This document shows positions 36,851 through 49,189 of a DNA stretch of 54,390 bases, one piece after another. The stretch is from positions 1 to 54,390 of the forward strand of contig JALDZS010000158.1 of assembly GCA_022813965.1 (NCBI GenBank), read 5' to 3'. The DNA is from Toensbergia leucococca (Eukaryota). Made by a program: the position numbers and the translations under genes. The notes under the pieces were generated by a model that saw only the letters and a program-made list of their open reading frames with translations, was not told the DNA's origin and ran no database searches. Position 1 is the first letter of the stretch, and every line of letters starts with the position of its first letter.

Positions 36851-37985
36851 GCTGGGAGAGGTAGGACTCGGAATTATTTCTGTGATGTGTAAGATTTGAA
36901 AAAATGAGGCTTATGTCATAATCAGCACTCCTTCGTTGCTGCCTGCTAGCAACACAGCCACCGAGACTCTCCATGGGTTGTCCGGAGACAACGGACTCAG
37001 AAGGGTGTTTTGTTGAATATTTTGCGTAACATGCAAGACTTACATGAACCTCGTTTGTATGTGAAAAGTGGCTTGGAAGATGGAGTCTCTTCATGCATGA
37101 GGGCTTGATGGTTCCTGAAAATAGGTCCTGGGTGTTCTAGATTCAGTTACAGAATCATGCAGGGTTTGGATAACAGGGTCTGCGGAAGGATTTGCCTTTC
37201 AATCAAGAGGGAGCGGTGGTAAGCAGTAAGCAGGTAGATGTCACGATGTGTATTTGGTTTGTTGTCGAGTGTGACGAGAATAGAAATAGTTCTAGCGGTC
37301 GATCTACAGCCCTAAAGCATCTTAGCGAGAAGGCTAAAGTGACCACTTTCCACCACTCACAAGTTTCCCTCGACCGCACTCAGCCTACTCCGTATCTAGA
37401 GAGACCCCTTCGACCGTTGTACAGCCTCTCGAATGCATCGCAGCCACTTGTCATACGGAGTACATCAGGCATCTTCCATCCCATGTCGAGCCTATCACCG
37501 TCCAATCCCCACGAATCCGTCTCTACATGCAAGATCCGATTGTGGTAGAATCTGCCGACGGCAGCCTATGAGACGCTTGTGCCTCGATCCTTTGATCCCA
37601 AAAATGACAACGAGATGCAGATGCAGAATCAAGTTCCTGAACGAGTCTCCATGTTGTTTCATGCACCTGCTTCGGCCACTAGGATCTCTTTTACTTACGT
37701 ACTCTCTCGCAAAGTCATCTCAGATCTAGATCATTGCGACGATGCAATCCTGATGAGGGTATGCTAGAGATCCTTTTGATCGGGTCATATCTGCGGTGCC
37801 TGATCCTTTCAGATATATATTCCTACACATTCTCTCGTTTCAATCCTCTTTCTTGGTCCATCTCCTATTTGTTATATAAAAATCATACTTCTATCGGCTT
37901 CCTCTCGTCTTTCAAGTCATCCGACTTGTCATATTACTTACACCTCTCATCACAAGTACAATCATCTCTTTATCAACTCGTCAAA

Positions 37986-38844
37986 ATGAACGTCTTCAGC
38001 TCTGTTATTCTTGTTCTCTGCACTTTTCTTTCGACTCATGTCCAAGCTGTTGACGTCACCGTGGTAAGAGCCCATTTCCACAACTCACTCTTCTACCATC
38101 TAATCAGCCCCCAGAACCCTGCTCTTGTCGGCCAGCTCAAAACCGCAGCAACTCAACTCGACCGTCTGAATCTCCTTCCCGAAGACTCCGACTGGCTCTT
38201 CGACTTTACAGCCCAACCCAAATACACCTTTTCCCCAGGCTCCGTCGTTAACGCCAATGCAGCCACGTTCCCTGCTACCGTCGGAAATGGCATGACCATG
38301 GCCATGATCAGCTTGGATCCATGTTCCATGCTGCCTCCTCATTATCACCCGCGGGCGAGTAACTACGTCGTCGCGGTGGAGGGCACAACGGACACGTACT
38401 TTATCGAGGAAAACGGTGCACGTTTAGTCAAGAATACGTTGACACCGGGCAAAATGACGATATTCCCTCAAGCCAGCGTTCACACCATGGTTAATACTGG
38501 TATGTTTAACTCCACTTCTGGCGTAGCGAGTTGCAGAAAACTGATGAGGGCGATTCCTAGGCTGTGTCAAAGCTCAACTTGTCTCGGCCCTCAACAACGA
38601 GGACCAGGGCACGCAGAACATGGCTAATACTCTCCTCTCGTTACCTTCGGACATTGTTCAGAGGATCCTGGGTGCCGGTGCTGACATTACCACGCTTGCG
38701 GGAGGCATTCCGCCAGTGGGAACTGGCAGCAACTCAGGTACGCAGGAATGTCTCGCCAGATGTGGCATCAACAACAATGGGACATCCACGCCTTCTTCTA
38801 CGAAGAAGGAAAAGAGGAGTATGAGAATTGATCAAAGGGAGTGA
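37986..38844 (+). CDS. Secreted germin/spherulin-like cupin protein; 3 exons
   Basis: Signal peptide MNVFSSVILVLCTFLSTHVQA, cupin motif 1 CSMLPPHYHPRASNYV, motif 2 GKMTIFPQASVHTMVN, then VSALNNEDQG. TATATAAA at ~37873-37880. Confidence 0.9.
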
Positions 38845-39242
38845 ATTAAGGGGAAAGGTGTGCTAAGTATTCATGATTGAGGTCATGCGGAAAACGAAAT
38901 TATGCGGATTTAGAAAGATTGTAGAATATGGTATTTTTAACAAAAAACCCTTGTCGTTCGTTTGGAAATGTTAGAATTAGATACCTAGGTAGGTAGGTAA
39001 TCCTTTTGATAGTGTAGTTTAGCTGAGTGTGTATACGAATCTATTCGGCGGCCGTTTTTCAAGACCCTTTATGCCATTTCTAGGGTGACATTTGTGCGAT
39101 GTCAGTACATGTTCTCTCTCTTCTCAATGAGTGAGAAGGGTCATTTCATTTGTATTTATTTTGTGTGTGTGAAAATGTGTAAGGGATAGGCTATTTTTTT
39201 AATTTCAGGTCAGGTCAGAGAAGAAGAGATTTGTGTGCGACG

Positions 39243-40016
39243 GAGTGAATCAAAAAATAAACATCATTATGCTCTTATGCTCTCATGCAAAAAAAAAAAT
39301 GTCAAAAAAAACCTCAGAAACCTCCTCAAAAACCCCTCAAAATTGTGACAAATCAGAAAATCTTTAATCAATGATACATAGATTCAGTGCATTTAGTATG
39401 TTTAAGCAGTTACAATTATACATCTCTTTTCACTTTCTTCTGTCTTAAGACTCATTTGACTTTGTAAATTTCAACACAAATCTGTTATCACTAGAAATAT
39501 TTTATATATATATCTACCTCACTTTTTTAAGTCTCATAAAAAAAACACAAACTACAACTATCAACTCTCTTTCTTTCCTCTCTTTACTTCATCCCTCACT
39601 ACAATCTTAAAAAAAAAAAAAAAAAAGCTCCTCAAAAAATTTCTACAAACACATGAATGAAAAAAACAAAAAAATGTTTCAAAACTCTCACTTTCTTTAA
39701 ATAATAGCTCATAATAGCTCATAGTAATAGGTTTTTTATCTGCTTAAGTCTGTTCTGTTTCAAATCTCTAAACTAAGTGAGAAAAACAATTTTAAAGACC
39801 AAAAACAGTCACATTTTAAACATCAACACATTACAATTACAAGTCACAGGCACATAAAATGTTTACTAAAGTGTGTTAGTTAGCTAGCTAGCTGTGATAA
39901 ATAAGTAAAAAGCAGAACAGCACTCATCATAAATAAGTGACATGAGACAAATTGATCATAAATAGACTCATGTGAAAAAAAAAAATGAAAGCAGTAAGCT
40001 GAGTGAGGAAAAAAAA
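39243..40016. other. Very AT-rich, CpG-free intergenic island with poly-A runs
   Basis: No CG seen from 39243 to 40016. Lies between the convergent cupin and 40313-42061 genes. Confidence 0.75.
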
Positions 40017-40312
40017 CGGAGGAATGAGGAAAAATCCTTTGGTCATAGATAAAGAAATGAACCCCCCCATCCCCCCCCCCAACCTTGAAGTAGTCATCTT
40101 CACAGAATATACATCTTACATGCACAACACACGCGCCATCAAAGCCTTTCAGATCATCATTCAATTATCCTTCATAAAAAAGTCATTCCCCTAAATCCCT
40201 CACCAACAAGTAACAAAAAAACCTCCATGAATCCAATCGCAACTCCCCTCCCAACACCTCTCCTCAAAAGAAAACCCCCCTCCCAAAGAATAGAAGAGAA
40301 AGAAAAACACAA

Positions 40313-42061
40313 TCACACCTCCCCCCACGCCCCCATCCCTCCCATCCCCCCGCCATGCACACTCCCACTCCCCACACTAACGCCCAGATCCCAATAATTC
40401 CTCGAACTCCCACTCCCGCCCCTCATACTCTTCCTCAAACTAACGCTCCCGCAGCTGCTTTCCGGCCGCCAAAACTGCGGCGGTGTCGATAGTATCGGGC
40501 TGCTACTATGACGGTGATGAAACGCGTGAACGAGACTATTGCGTCGGCTCTGGCGGTCATAGGTCGAGGGTCGGGAGATGAGAGGATGATATTGGCGGAT
40601 GACAGCGGTACGGCGGAGAGAATCGGGGGTGGATGATGTGGCGATGTTGGGTTTTGTCGAGGCGGATGAGGGGCGGCGGTGGGAGGTGAAGCGGTGGTGG
40701 AGGAAGCGGAAGATGGTTTTGAGGGTCGGGGTGTGTTCCCAATACTCGCGGTCGCAGTCGTTGAGGGGTATGGAAAGGTTCGGATCCTCCTCCTCGATCC
40801 CCCAGAGTGCGGCATGGTGAGATGCGGACGCTGTTTCTGGCCGGTCTTGTAGTGTAGGTGTGAAGTGAGGGGATATCGAGGATGCGGTGCCTGATAGCGG
40901 AGGCGGTGCTACATGTAATGGTGTTGCTTGCGAGCTGGGTTGGCTGGAGATTGGTATGCCAGCATAGTCCGGTGTTGAGGGGTTCAGATATGTACTAAAG
41001 GCGCCTGGGTGCTCAGAAAGCTGGTTCACGAGAATACCCAGCTCGCGAGCAAGGCGATGTAAGAGACGATCTTCCCAGCCAGTGCTTGTAAACGCAGCAT
41101 TCCTACTCAGAGGAGGCGATGCCGACTCCAATAGACCATTGGGAATCTTGGTAGAAAAAACCTCCTCCTCAGGAAGAGACTCGCCGAGTATGACGGAGAG
41201 TAAGGATTCATCGATGCCCATAAAATCGCGAATGACTCTTCGGGTGACACGCTCCCAAAACGATTCGCTCCCTTCTGGCTCTTCGCCTTCTACTTCCGTT
41301 GTAGGCCCATTTTTGTCACTCCCGGTGGACAACCTCCTGGGACGCATGACAGTGTTCTCCTGCTCCTCTCTACCAGCTTTGTTGACCATGCTTTCATTTG
41401 TTCGACTCATTCTCCTTTTCCTGGTTTCTTGCTGAATTTCTTCTAACAATAGCTTGGATTGCTCCGCCCTCCATTTCTCAATCCTCTCTAGCCTCTCACT
41501 CTCAATCTTTGCGACATCTTCTTTCTCCACAGCATACAACCTTCGCTCTACACTCGATCGTCTTCTATGATGGCCAGCTGATCTCTTCCGCGGATTGTAT
41601 TGTTCAAATTGCCAGATGCGCTCTTGGACGGGTAAGCTCGAAGCGGGAAATGTGCCCAAACCGTCATGAGTTGGTAGTATTGTGCCTCCACTTTGATCAA
41701 GACGTCTTGATGCTTGATAGACGGACGATTCACGAAAAGCATGCAGACCGTCGTCCAAGCTATCCAGCTCCTCCTCATCGTCAGTAGCGTCTGCAACGTC
41801 TTCCTCGCTCTGACCTGCATTTCTTTCCTTTTCAAGAGAACCAAAGTCACTTAGTCTTGACAGTCCAGCTGTTCTTTGGGAGGATGTTGTTTGTGTCTGG
41901 ACCGTGGAGGAATCATGGGTTGGAGAAAACAGCACCCATTCCTGGGACTCTTCTAGTGCTCTTTGGTGCGCGGGAATTAAGATAGTAGGAGTACTTGAAT
42001 CTTGTATGGGTGTAGAAGATTGACGTTGAGGAGGCGCAAAAGTAGGCTGACGGAAAGCCAT
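40313..42061 (-). CDS. Conserved-looking fungal hypothetical protein (582 aa, intronless, largely disordered)
   Basis: Long ATG-initiated ORF with motif-like blocks (ESQEWVLFSP, LDSLDDGLHAF, LPTHDGLGTF, FWERVTRRVIRDFMGID, EHPGAFSTY, SRNYWD, WGEV*). Function not recognised. Confidence 0.8.
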   Translation of the reverse strand: MAFRQPTFAPPQRQSSTPIQDSSTPTILIPAHQRALEESQEWVLFSPTHDSSTVQTQTTSSQRTAGLSRLSDFGSLEKERNAGQSEEDVADATDDEEELDSLDDGLHAFRESSVYQASRRLDQSGGTILPTHDGLGTFPASSLPVQERIWQFEQYNPRKRSAGHHRRRSSVERRLYAVEKEDVAKIESERLERIEKWRAEQSKLLLEEIQQETRKRRMSRTNESMVNKAGREEQENTVMRPRRLSTGSDKNGPTTEVEGEEPEGSESFWERVTRRVIRDFMGIDESLLSVILGESLPEEEVFSTKIPNGLLESASPPLSRNAAFTSTGWEDRLLHRLARELGILVNQLSEHPGAFSTYLNPSTPDYAGIPISSQPSSQATPLHVAPPPLSGTASSISPHFTPTLQDRPETASASHHAALWGIEEEDPNLSIPLNDCDREYWEHTPTLKTIFRFLHHRFTSHRRPSSASTKPNIATSSTPDSLRRTAVIRQYHPLISRPSTYDRQSRRNSLVHAFHHRHSSSPILSTPPQFWRPESSCGSVSLRKSMRGGSGSSRNYWDLGVSVGSGSVHGGGMGGMGAWGEV

Positions 42062-43289
42062 GGTTGAGAGGTCAAGTATTAATGATGCCGCGGTCGGCTG
42101 CAGTCGACTATTTGTAAGGCAACGATACTTTGATGATGCTTCCCAGATTGGGGGCTGAGAGAAGTAGATTCGAAGGTAGGAAGCTGTCAGACGTGCCGCA
42201 AAGGGGGATCTAGCACCTGGCCGTCTTGTGGCTATCTAGATGGGCCTAGTAGGGGTGTTGGAAGATGCAGCTGGATAAGCTGGGTAGCTGGACTTGATTA
42301 GAAGTTGGTTGAAAGTCAGTATTAGAGTGAATAAAGCCGGTGGTGAAGAATGTCTCGACAACAATGACTGGAATGTTGAGGGCGGCGCCAAGGACCAGGA
42401 CTAAAGAACAAATATGAACATTTATGATCAAGGCCATCGATACTCTTAGAATAAGCAGCGAGCTTGATACTCGTGTTGAGCTTCTACGGGTCAACTGATA
42501 AGGCGGGACAGCGGGTATCATTACCTATTTCCTATTACCTAGCTAGATCTACTCACGGAGCCACTCGCTGATATTGATTAAATATTGATACCGTCATCGG
42601 CTTATCCATTTCATCCATTCCATTATCCTGCCACTTCTTCCTATTCTGATTCGCTCTTATTCTCGTCGGATAAGATAGAATATCATCGTCATCACCCTTG
42701 ACCCTGAAGCTGCACTCATCCCGACCAAGAACAAGCAGGTAATGCACCTCGCCTCCTGCATCGCTCGGCCTGCAGCACCCATCGAATGATAACCCCACTA
42801 CTCCGATTGTGCGTTGGACTTTCTGCGGGGTTTCCGTACCAGCATAAGCTTGCAATCCTGCGAGAATCCTCCCGTTGTAGTCCGTGACCTCTAACTACCT
42901 CCTCACCAAGCATCTCCAGTTTCGAGCGTCGGGGCCACTTCTTCCGGCCGCTGGAGCAACCAAAGCTGAATTAATGTCTAGGCAGCCCCATGAACAGCTT
43001 GAATACTTAATAGATGGTGTTGTAGATGAGCTAATGTAGAGCAAAATGTACACTGACATTGTGACTTGTATAATATGGCAATATAGACAGACCTCGAAGA
43101 TCAGGCCGAAATATAAACAATGAATATAGCAACATGTGCCCAGTATGATGAGATCTTCAATGAACATCAATACTGTACCTTCTAGTCGCTCTACACGGTA
43201 TAAATGTATCAAACAACAGGGATATCTCTCGCAGCGAAATGTCAAATCATGCGCCAATGCAATGATACGTTGATGCAGCAATTCAAATG

Positions 43290-46200
43290 TCATGCAAGAA
43301 CCCACTCACTTCCCCTCTTGACAAATTTGTCAACCATCATACCAACGTCGTTGAGCGCAAACCGACATACATAAAACCCAAAGAATTCCGCCGCATGCCG
43401 TGTACTGAGATCCAGCCCAACATGCGTCTGCGATGTGTGCTTTAGTCCGGGATCTTCAACTTGACGTGCAACTTGATCTAGAGAGAAGACATTAGTCATG
43501 CCAAGCACTTCCAATGGGACTTTGCATACCCAGAATCTGTGCAGCATCGCACAGCCTCGCAAGCGCCCCCATGTAATTCGCGTTGGGGCCCAGACACTGC
43601 ACCTGATTAATATCCCGTTTTGAAGCTTTGAGGTTGTTTGCAGAACTCATGGGCAATGATTGCATTGTCAAAGTTTCCATGAATCCATCCTTTGATGTTG
43701 TTGTCGAAATCATAGGCGGTACTCCCGGAGTCCCAGAACTCTTCGATCGTAATTTCCGCCAGGAAGAAAAATAGGATTTACTGGCAATGTGCGAAGTTTT
43801 GGATGCTAAACTCTCACTTGCCGACGCCGCGTCTTCCACTGCACTTGAAGTCTTGAAAAGTGAAGACGAAGCTGGGACTCCAACTTCATTACCAAGCTTC
43901 TTGGAGAGATTACTCTGAACTTGATCCAAGACACTCTCGAGCGACTGCATTTCTTCGAGAACAGCATCTGCATCTAGCGTATCTACTCTGGCAAGTTTAA
44001 GCAAAGCTGCCGTGAGTAAATCGCAACTCGACACTTTCTCTTCAACTCCCTTGAGCTTGACATTCTTCACCCGCCACACTTCTCTTGGCACAAAGAGCCG
44101 AGTTGAGAGGTAGCCGCCGCGTGGATGAGCAATCGTCTGATATATGCATCTTAGCAGCCAGAACGGTCGAAGGAGGAACGAGTCAGGGCAGGGCTCCAGC
44201 GGATTAGGGGCATTGGAGGCCAAGGGATTGGGCATCCCAGGTTTTGTCACCGAGTGGATATCTGTGTCAAAGAGATACTTCCCACCAGTAAGTGGTCCAC
44301 TAGGGATGAAGCTGGACTCAGTGGAAGTGGACAGATTTGATAAAGCAGTGCTAAGCCCCTTACGATGTTGGGATGTCGTTGAAGACATGGTGCTTGGCGC
44401 TGCATTTGGAGAAACGTCTGGTGCATCAGACGTGGAGTTGAAGAAATTCCTAGTCCTAAGGCTTGAAGACGAGAAATTCTTCCGCAAAGTTCCAGGACCT
44501 GTTGAAGCTTTGTTGGCGTATCGAGCAGGTGAATCTGGCATAGGTGGTACGCTATCTTCACTAGTTGCTGACACTGTCTTACTGAGTGCAGGTGTAGCAG
44601 GAGAAGCACTAGCGGTCAGCTCTGCCGATATGGGTCCTGGTAACGGAGATGACGCCTGACGGCTCCCGGCCAGGGTTGTAATTGTCAGTTGTTTGAATGC
44701 CGGATTCGGGTGTGCTGGCTGCGAATCTGCAATGGCAAAAGCAGATTTTGGAGGTTCGGGTATCGCTTGCGGAGGTAATATTGGAGGAGGCATATACAAA
44801 GGCTGTGTTTTCGGGGCTATCGACTCTGGGCCAAGGGGTAATTTGGCATTCGTCTCAATTTTAAGCTGCTTCGCATCTTTCCCGGATAGCCTGCGTTCTC
44901 GAACGCCAGGACCGAGCGCTGGGCTGAAATTTGACGAGGCTACTTTTGCTTTACTTAGTATTGAAGGAAGGGTTGTAGTACTGGCCGCTTTCAAAGGGGG
45001 AGGTGGGAGGGCAATAGAAGGAGGTGGATGGGAGGGAGGCGGATGTGGCTTGGACTGTAGCTGACTAGCCAATGATGGCAGTACAAACCCTTCGGCGACG
45101 GTTGACAGAGAGGTTCCCGCGCTCGTCGGGTTCGATCCGGTTGAACTGATCCATGTTCTTCCCGAGAAACTGCTGGAGTCTGATTGACGAGGCAATGCTG
45201 TTTTGATGTGCAGATCGTATTCGGACTCATCCATAATGTAGTCCCTAGTCATCTCCTCTAGCATACGCTCCTCCTCATCTGCCTCATTCCCGCCATACGT
45301 GGTATCAATGCTATCGCTTCTATTTCTAAATTCGCTTTTCTCTCGTAGGCGTCGTTTCTCATGATTCTTTGCTGAAGTTATAGCTGCTTCTCTTTCTATC
45401 TCGCGGACCCTCTCCTTGGCGAGCTCGACATTCCTCCTAACTTCGGAAACGAAATCAGGCTCAACAAATGAGCGACTAGTTTCATGTATCGGCTCCTCAT
45501 CAGAGTCAACGGCAGGTACGAATCCTTCGTCATAAGCAGCCTCCACAGCAGCATCAAGCGCAGCATCAAATTCGGCCTCTGTAGCACCACTTGCAGCTCT
45601 TATACGCTTTCGACGAAGGCCAATTGATGAGGTCCGAGAATGAACAGATGAAGGCGAAGAACCCCCAGATTCATCTATTGTATTAAGCCAAGAGGTAGAT
45701 TCGGCAGTCTCTTTTCGAGCATGATGAACTTGGTTTGGCCCTGGCTTGGAGGTATCATCCGGCGAATGTGCGGGCGATGTAGGTGGGCGAGGAGATAGAG
45801 GGGGAGGCATATACTCTTTGAGCATTGGAAGGTCAAGTCTCATAGTAGCCTCCAAGACTCGATTCCCTGGATTTGGCTTTTCCCATGATTCATGAGATGG
45901 GTGCTGTTGTAGCGTTTTCGTTAATTGGACAGATCTACTTTCTTCATATGGTAATTGCGATTGTCGACTAGGATGTGTATGAGATTGTCGTCTCAATATC
46001 CGTGGTTCTTGTTGCTCCTTTATATAAGATGAATGGCCGCCAACGCGTGCCACTATTGCGGTCTCAATGATAGCTGTGTCTTCATCTTCGTCCGTTATTG
46101 GTGAAAAGTGATCTGATCCTCTAGAATCTCTTGGAAAATCTGGGAGTGCTTTGTCGACGTTGCTTGAAAGCCCTAAATCAATGTTTCGAAGCTCATTGAT

Positions 46201-47444
46201 CCGGCTCATATATGTATTGCGCTATATACGGTAGTCAGCAATATTTTCGCAGCTCAAGTCGAGGTAATGTGACTCACAACAGCTTCGAGCTTCTTCCGAT
46301 CTTCATACCCAGAACTCCTCACCATCACTTGATAAAGAAGTGCACAAGCGTCCCCGTAAGCATTCATAGCTCCCTCGTAATTCTGTGCATTATCCAGTAA
46401 GACCGCATGCTTCGCCTTTTGCAGAGCTTTTGACAACATAGCTTTTTGAGAAGGAGTCTTTCGCCTTTGTTCACTATCCCTATTGCTTCTATTGGACGAT
46501 GCAGAGCTCTCTCCCTCGGTGCCTCCGCTTCCTCCAATAGGTCCTTCAAGATGGCGAGAATGGCTGGTACGTGATTGCTGATGTGGATCTCTATGATTTG
46601 AACGAATTGCAGCACTGGTTGAGCGGGAGGACACAGCGGAGTCCGGCTTAGCAGGGTTTCGGGAAGATTCATAATCTACAGGATGAGGAGCACGGGTAGA
46701 GAATGCTGAGATCGCAACAGGAGAAGGAGTATTAGTCGTTCGCTGTACTGTGCTTCTCTGCTTCGACGGTGACTTGGGCTTCCACTTCTCACCAAAATAG
46801 TCTTGCCCGGCAACTATGTAATTGGAAGGCGAGAGCAAGTCAGATGTTGCTGGTGTATTTGTTCCTACTGTCAAGGGAGAGTCTGCGTTATCCACAGCCT
46901 GCGTCAACGATGCAAGGGTGACAATAGGCGGAAGAATAGGCGGTATCTGAGCTGATGGAGATAACGAGCGAAGTCGTTGTGGACTTAGTCCCGGCGGAGG
47001 TCTGACTTTAGGGAGTACATTTCTTTCCGGTGAAGACTGCGAAGTAGAAAAGCCGCCTAGGGGGCCCAAGGATCCTGACAATCTCCTCGTAAAGCTTCCA
47101 GCTCTCTTGTGTGTTGCAGAAGATTTGCTAGAGGCTGTAGACTGCGACCATCGGTTCAGATTGCCAACTCCTTCTCTAAAACCCCCCACACTACTCGGTC
47201 GACTATGCACGGCGCTTGAGCGGCGCGTTGGGTCGGGGGACAAGGTCCGGTTAGACAAATTCGCGGAAATATAGACTGGGTTTTTTGGACTTTGCGATCT
47301 CAGGCCAGAGACAGGTGGGCGTGTGCCTTGTCGAGAAGTGAGCGAGGCGGAACGCTTAATGGTGACTACGGAAGAAGGAGAAGCAGAGTTCGACCTCGAG
47401 GCTTGTCGATGGTGAGATTGTGGCTTCGCAAGGGTCGAGGCCAT
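43290..47444 (-). CDS. MIT-domain protein with a conserved C-terminal helical domain; 3 exons
   Basis: MIT-like segment QKAMLSKALQKAKHAVLLDNAQNYEGAMNAYGDACALL...DRKKLEAV|RNTYMSRINEL. C-terminal block RPFWLLRCIYQTIAHPRGGYLS...LARLCDAAQIL|DQVARQVEDPGLKH...FVKRGSEWVLA*. Confidence 0.9.
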
Positions 47445-48819
47445 TCTCTTGGGTACGGGTACGCACTGCACCAATCACCTGCTCTTTACAGATACGAAGC
47501 GATCCCAGATTAGTCCCGAAGATATGCAATTGGAGTTCAGTGGACTGGACCCGCAGACCCCTACCAGAACGGTACGGGCAACACCAAAAGTCAATACAGT
47601 CTTAGCAGCCCTTTGGTGCTGGCATGCAAGCACTTATGACTGTTTTGGGATCTACTCCTGCACGTCTTTTCGTTTTCGATGGTGCTGCAGGGATGAAACC
47701 TTCGCTTAGTGCTGAGACCTGCAGCTGGCGAGTGGCTTGCAGTTTTCGGAGGTTTGGCAATGAATGATGCAGACGTAGACAATATAAAGTCAGGCAAGCC
47801 TCCGGAGCTTCAGAGGACGAAATATGAACCACGGTGATTGTGGAAATCTTCCCAGTGGCTGCTGGACCGCACCAAACGCTTTTCTCTTCGAATTAGATGA
47901 GACTTTCTTTGCAAGTACCTCAGTCTTCCACCAGCTTTCTGACTCCAATTGTATTTGTGTAATGCCGGTTATCTGTTCCTGCCATTTTTCGTCATAAGGA
48001 ATGTACAAGGATGGACCTTTGCTGAGGTAAAAGCATCAAGCTCCCCTGGTGAACCTAAAGACAGTGTCGAACCGTCCGAGGAGTTGATATGAAAAGGCTA
48101 GGTTGCGCAATGCTTGGAAATTCCTAATTCGTCGGAAAGCTATATCCAGTGCGAAGCCGTGATTGACGTCGTCAATGGTTTGTATGCCAGGGTGAGAACA
48201 ATGGCGCCCACAGCCAGTTGTCTGTATTAGGTCGCTCGAGTGTCAATTAGAGGGACTGTACAAGGCGCTGAATGGTCAGCGGTGAAGGTAGTAATTCCAG
48301 AAGTGTTAGGGGCGCAGTGCAGGAAGCCGATGTTATCGGAGTCCCAGGCTGAAGGGCGGTCTTTCAGAGCGGTTAGGGGCAGCGCACGGTGGGATAGTCG
48401 ATGGGTGGTCGATAAAAACGGCTTTCTCAGTCTGTCGAAGATGTAACGGACAATGTATTCAGATGATAGCACAGCTACTCATCGACAATGATCAAGAGCA
48501 ATGGGTCAGAACGGCGGGCAAGGAGACAGACCCTCAGGTTCTCGACTTCTCCCCTAGACAAGCTAGCAAGGGGGAATCACCTGAAGGTAGGAGGTGTGGA
48601 ATTTAGAATGAAGAATGGCTAGAAGCTAGTCTCATGCTGCTATAGAATACCTACCTAGGACTAGCTTCGTCCAAGACACGATACAAGATACGAAGATGTA
48701 CAGAGTGTGTCGTACGATAGCTTGTAGGACTTTCACCATACTCATTATGGAACAATGACAGCTATCCCAGATTATGTGCTCTACTGTGGAAAGTCTGCCA
48801 CCAGCAGTCGAGGAGTAAG

Positions 48820-49049
48820 GTACGTCTCGGAGTGGAAATGCTACGAGTATGTGAAAGGGGAATTGGTGGCACGTGCAGTGCGGCGGAGCGAGAAACGGTA
48901 CGAGTATCCGTACTCCGTACCTTTCCCGTACCTTTCCCGTACCGGAGCCGCCCAATCGTAAGGAACCTTGGGGTATCTAACTTTCTCCGTACTACCTATC
49001 AGACTACCAATACGGTACCGTATCCTATCTCGTACGTCCAAATGAGTAC
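48820..49049. promoter_or_regulatory. Cluster of ~10 GTAC/CCGTAC motifs, including a tandem CCGTACCTTTC repeat and the palindrome TACGGTACCGTA
   Basis: GTAC at about 48820, 48898, 48910, 48917, 48928, 48939, 48989, 49015, 49032 and 49046, 140-370 bp upstream of the GT25 ATG. Confidence 0.5.
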
Positions 49050-49189
49050 TCGTATCCATGCGAGTAATCAAAAGTAAGGGAGCGAGTCCTCAATGGTAGA
49101 GACCGACTTAACTTTTTCTTAACATGGTCAGCACCACATTTCTTACGTGGATTAACCTAATTTCAGCATAAATTCGTTCTTCTCCTACC

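Noticed and set aside
42246..43305. Short ORFs between the hypothetical and MIT genes
   Set aside because: No motifs or consistent splice structure; likely UTR/promoter sequence.
48890..49050. CRISPR-like array
   Set aside because: Eukaryotic context, motifs only 4-11 bp, no regular spacers and no cas genes.
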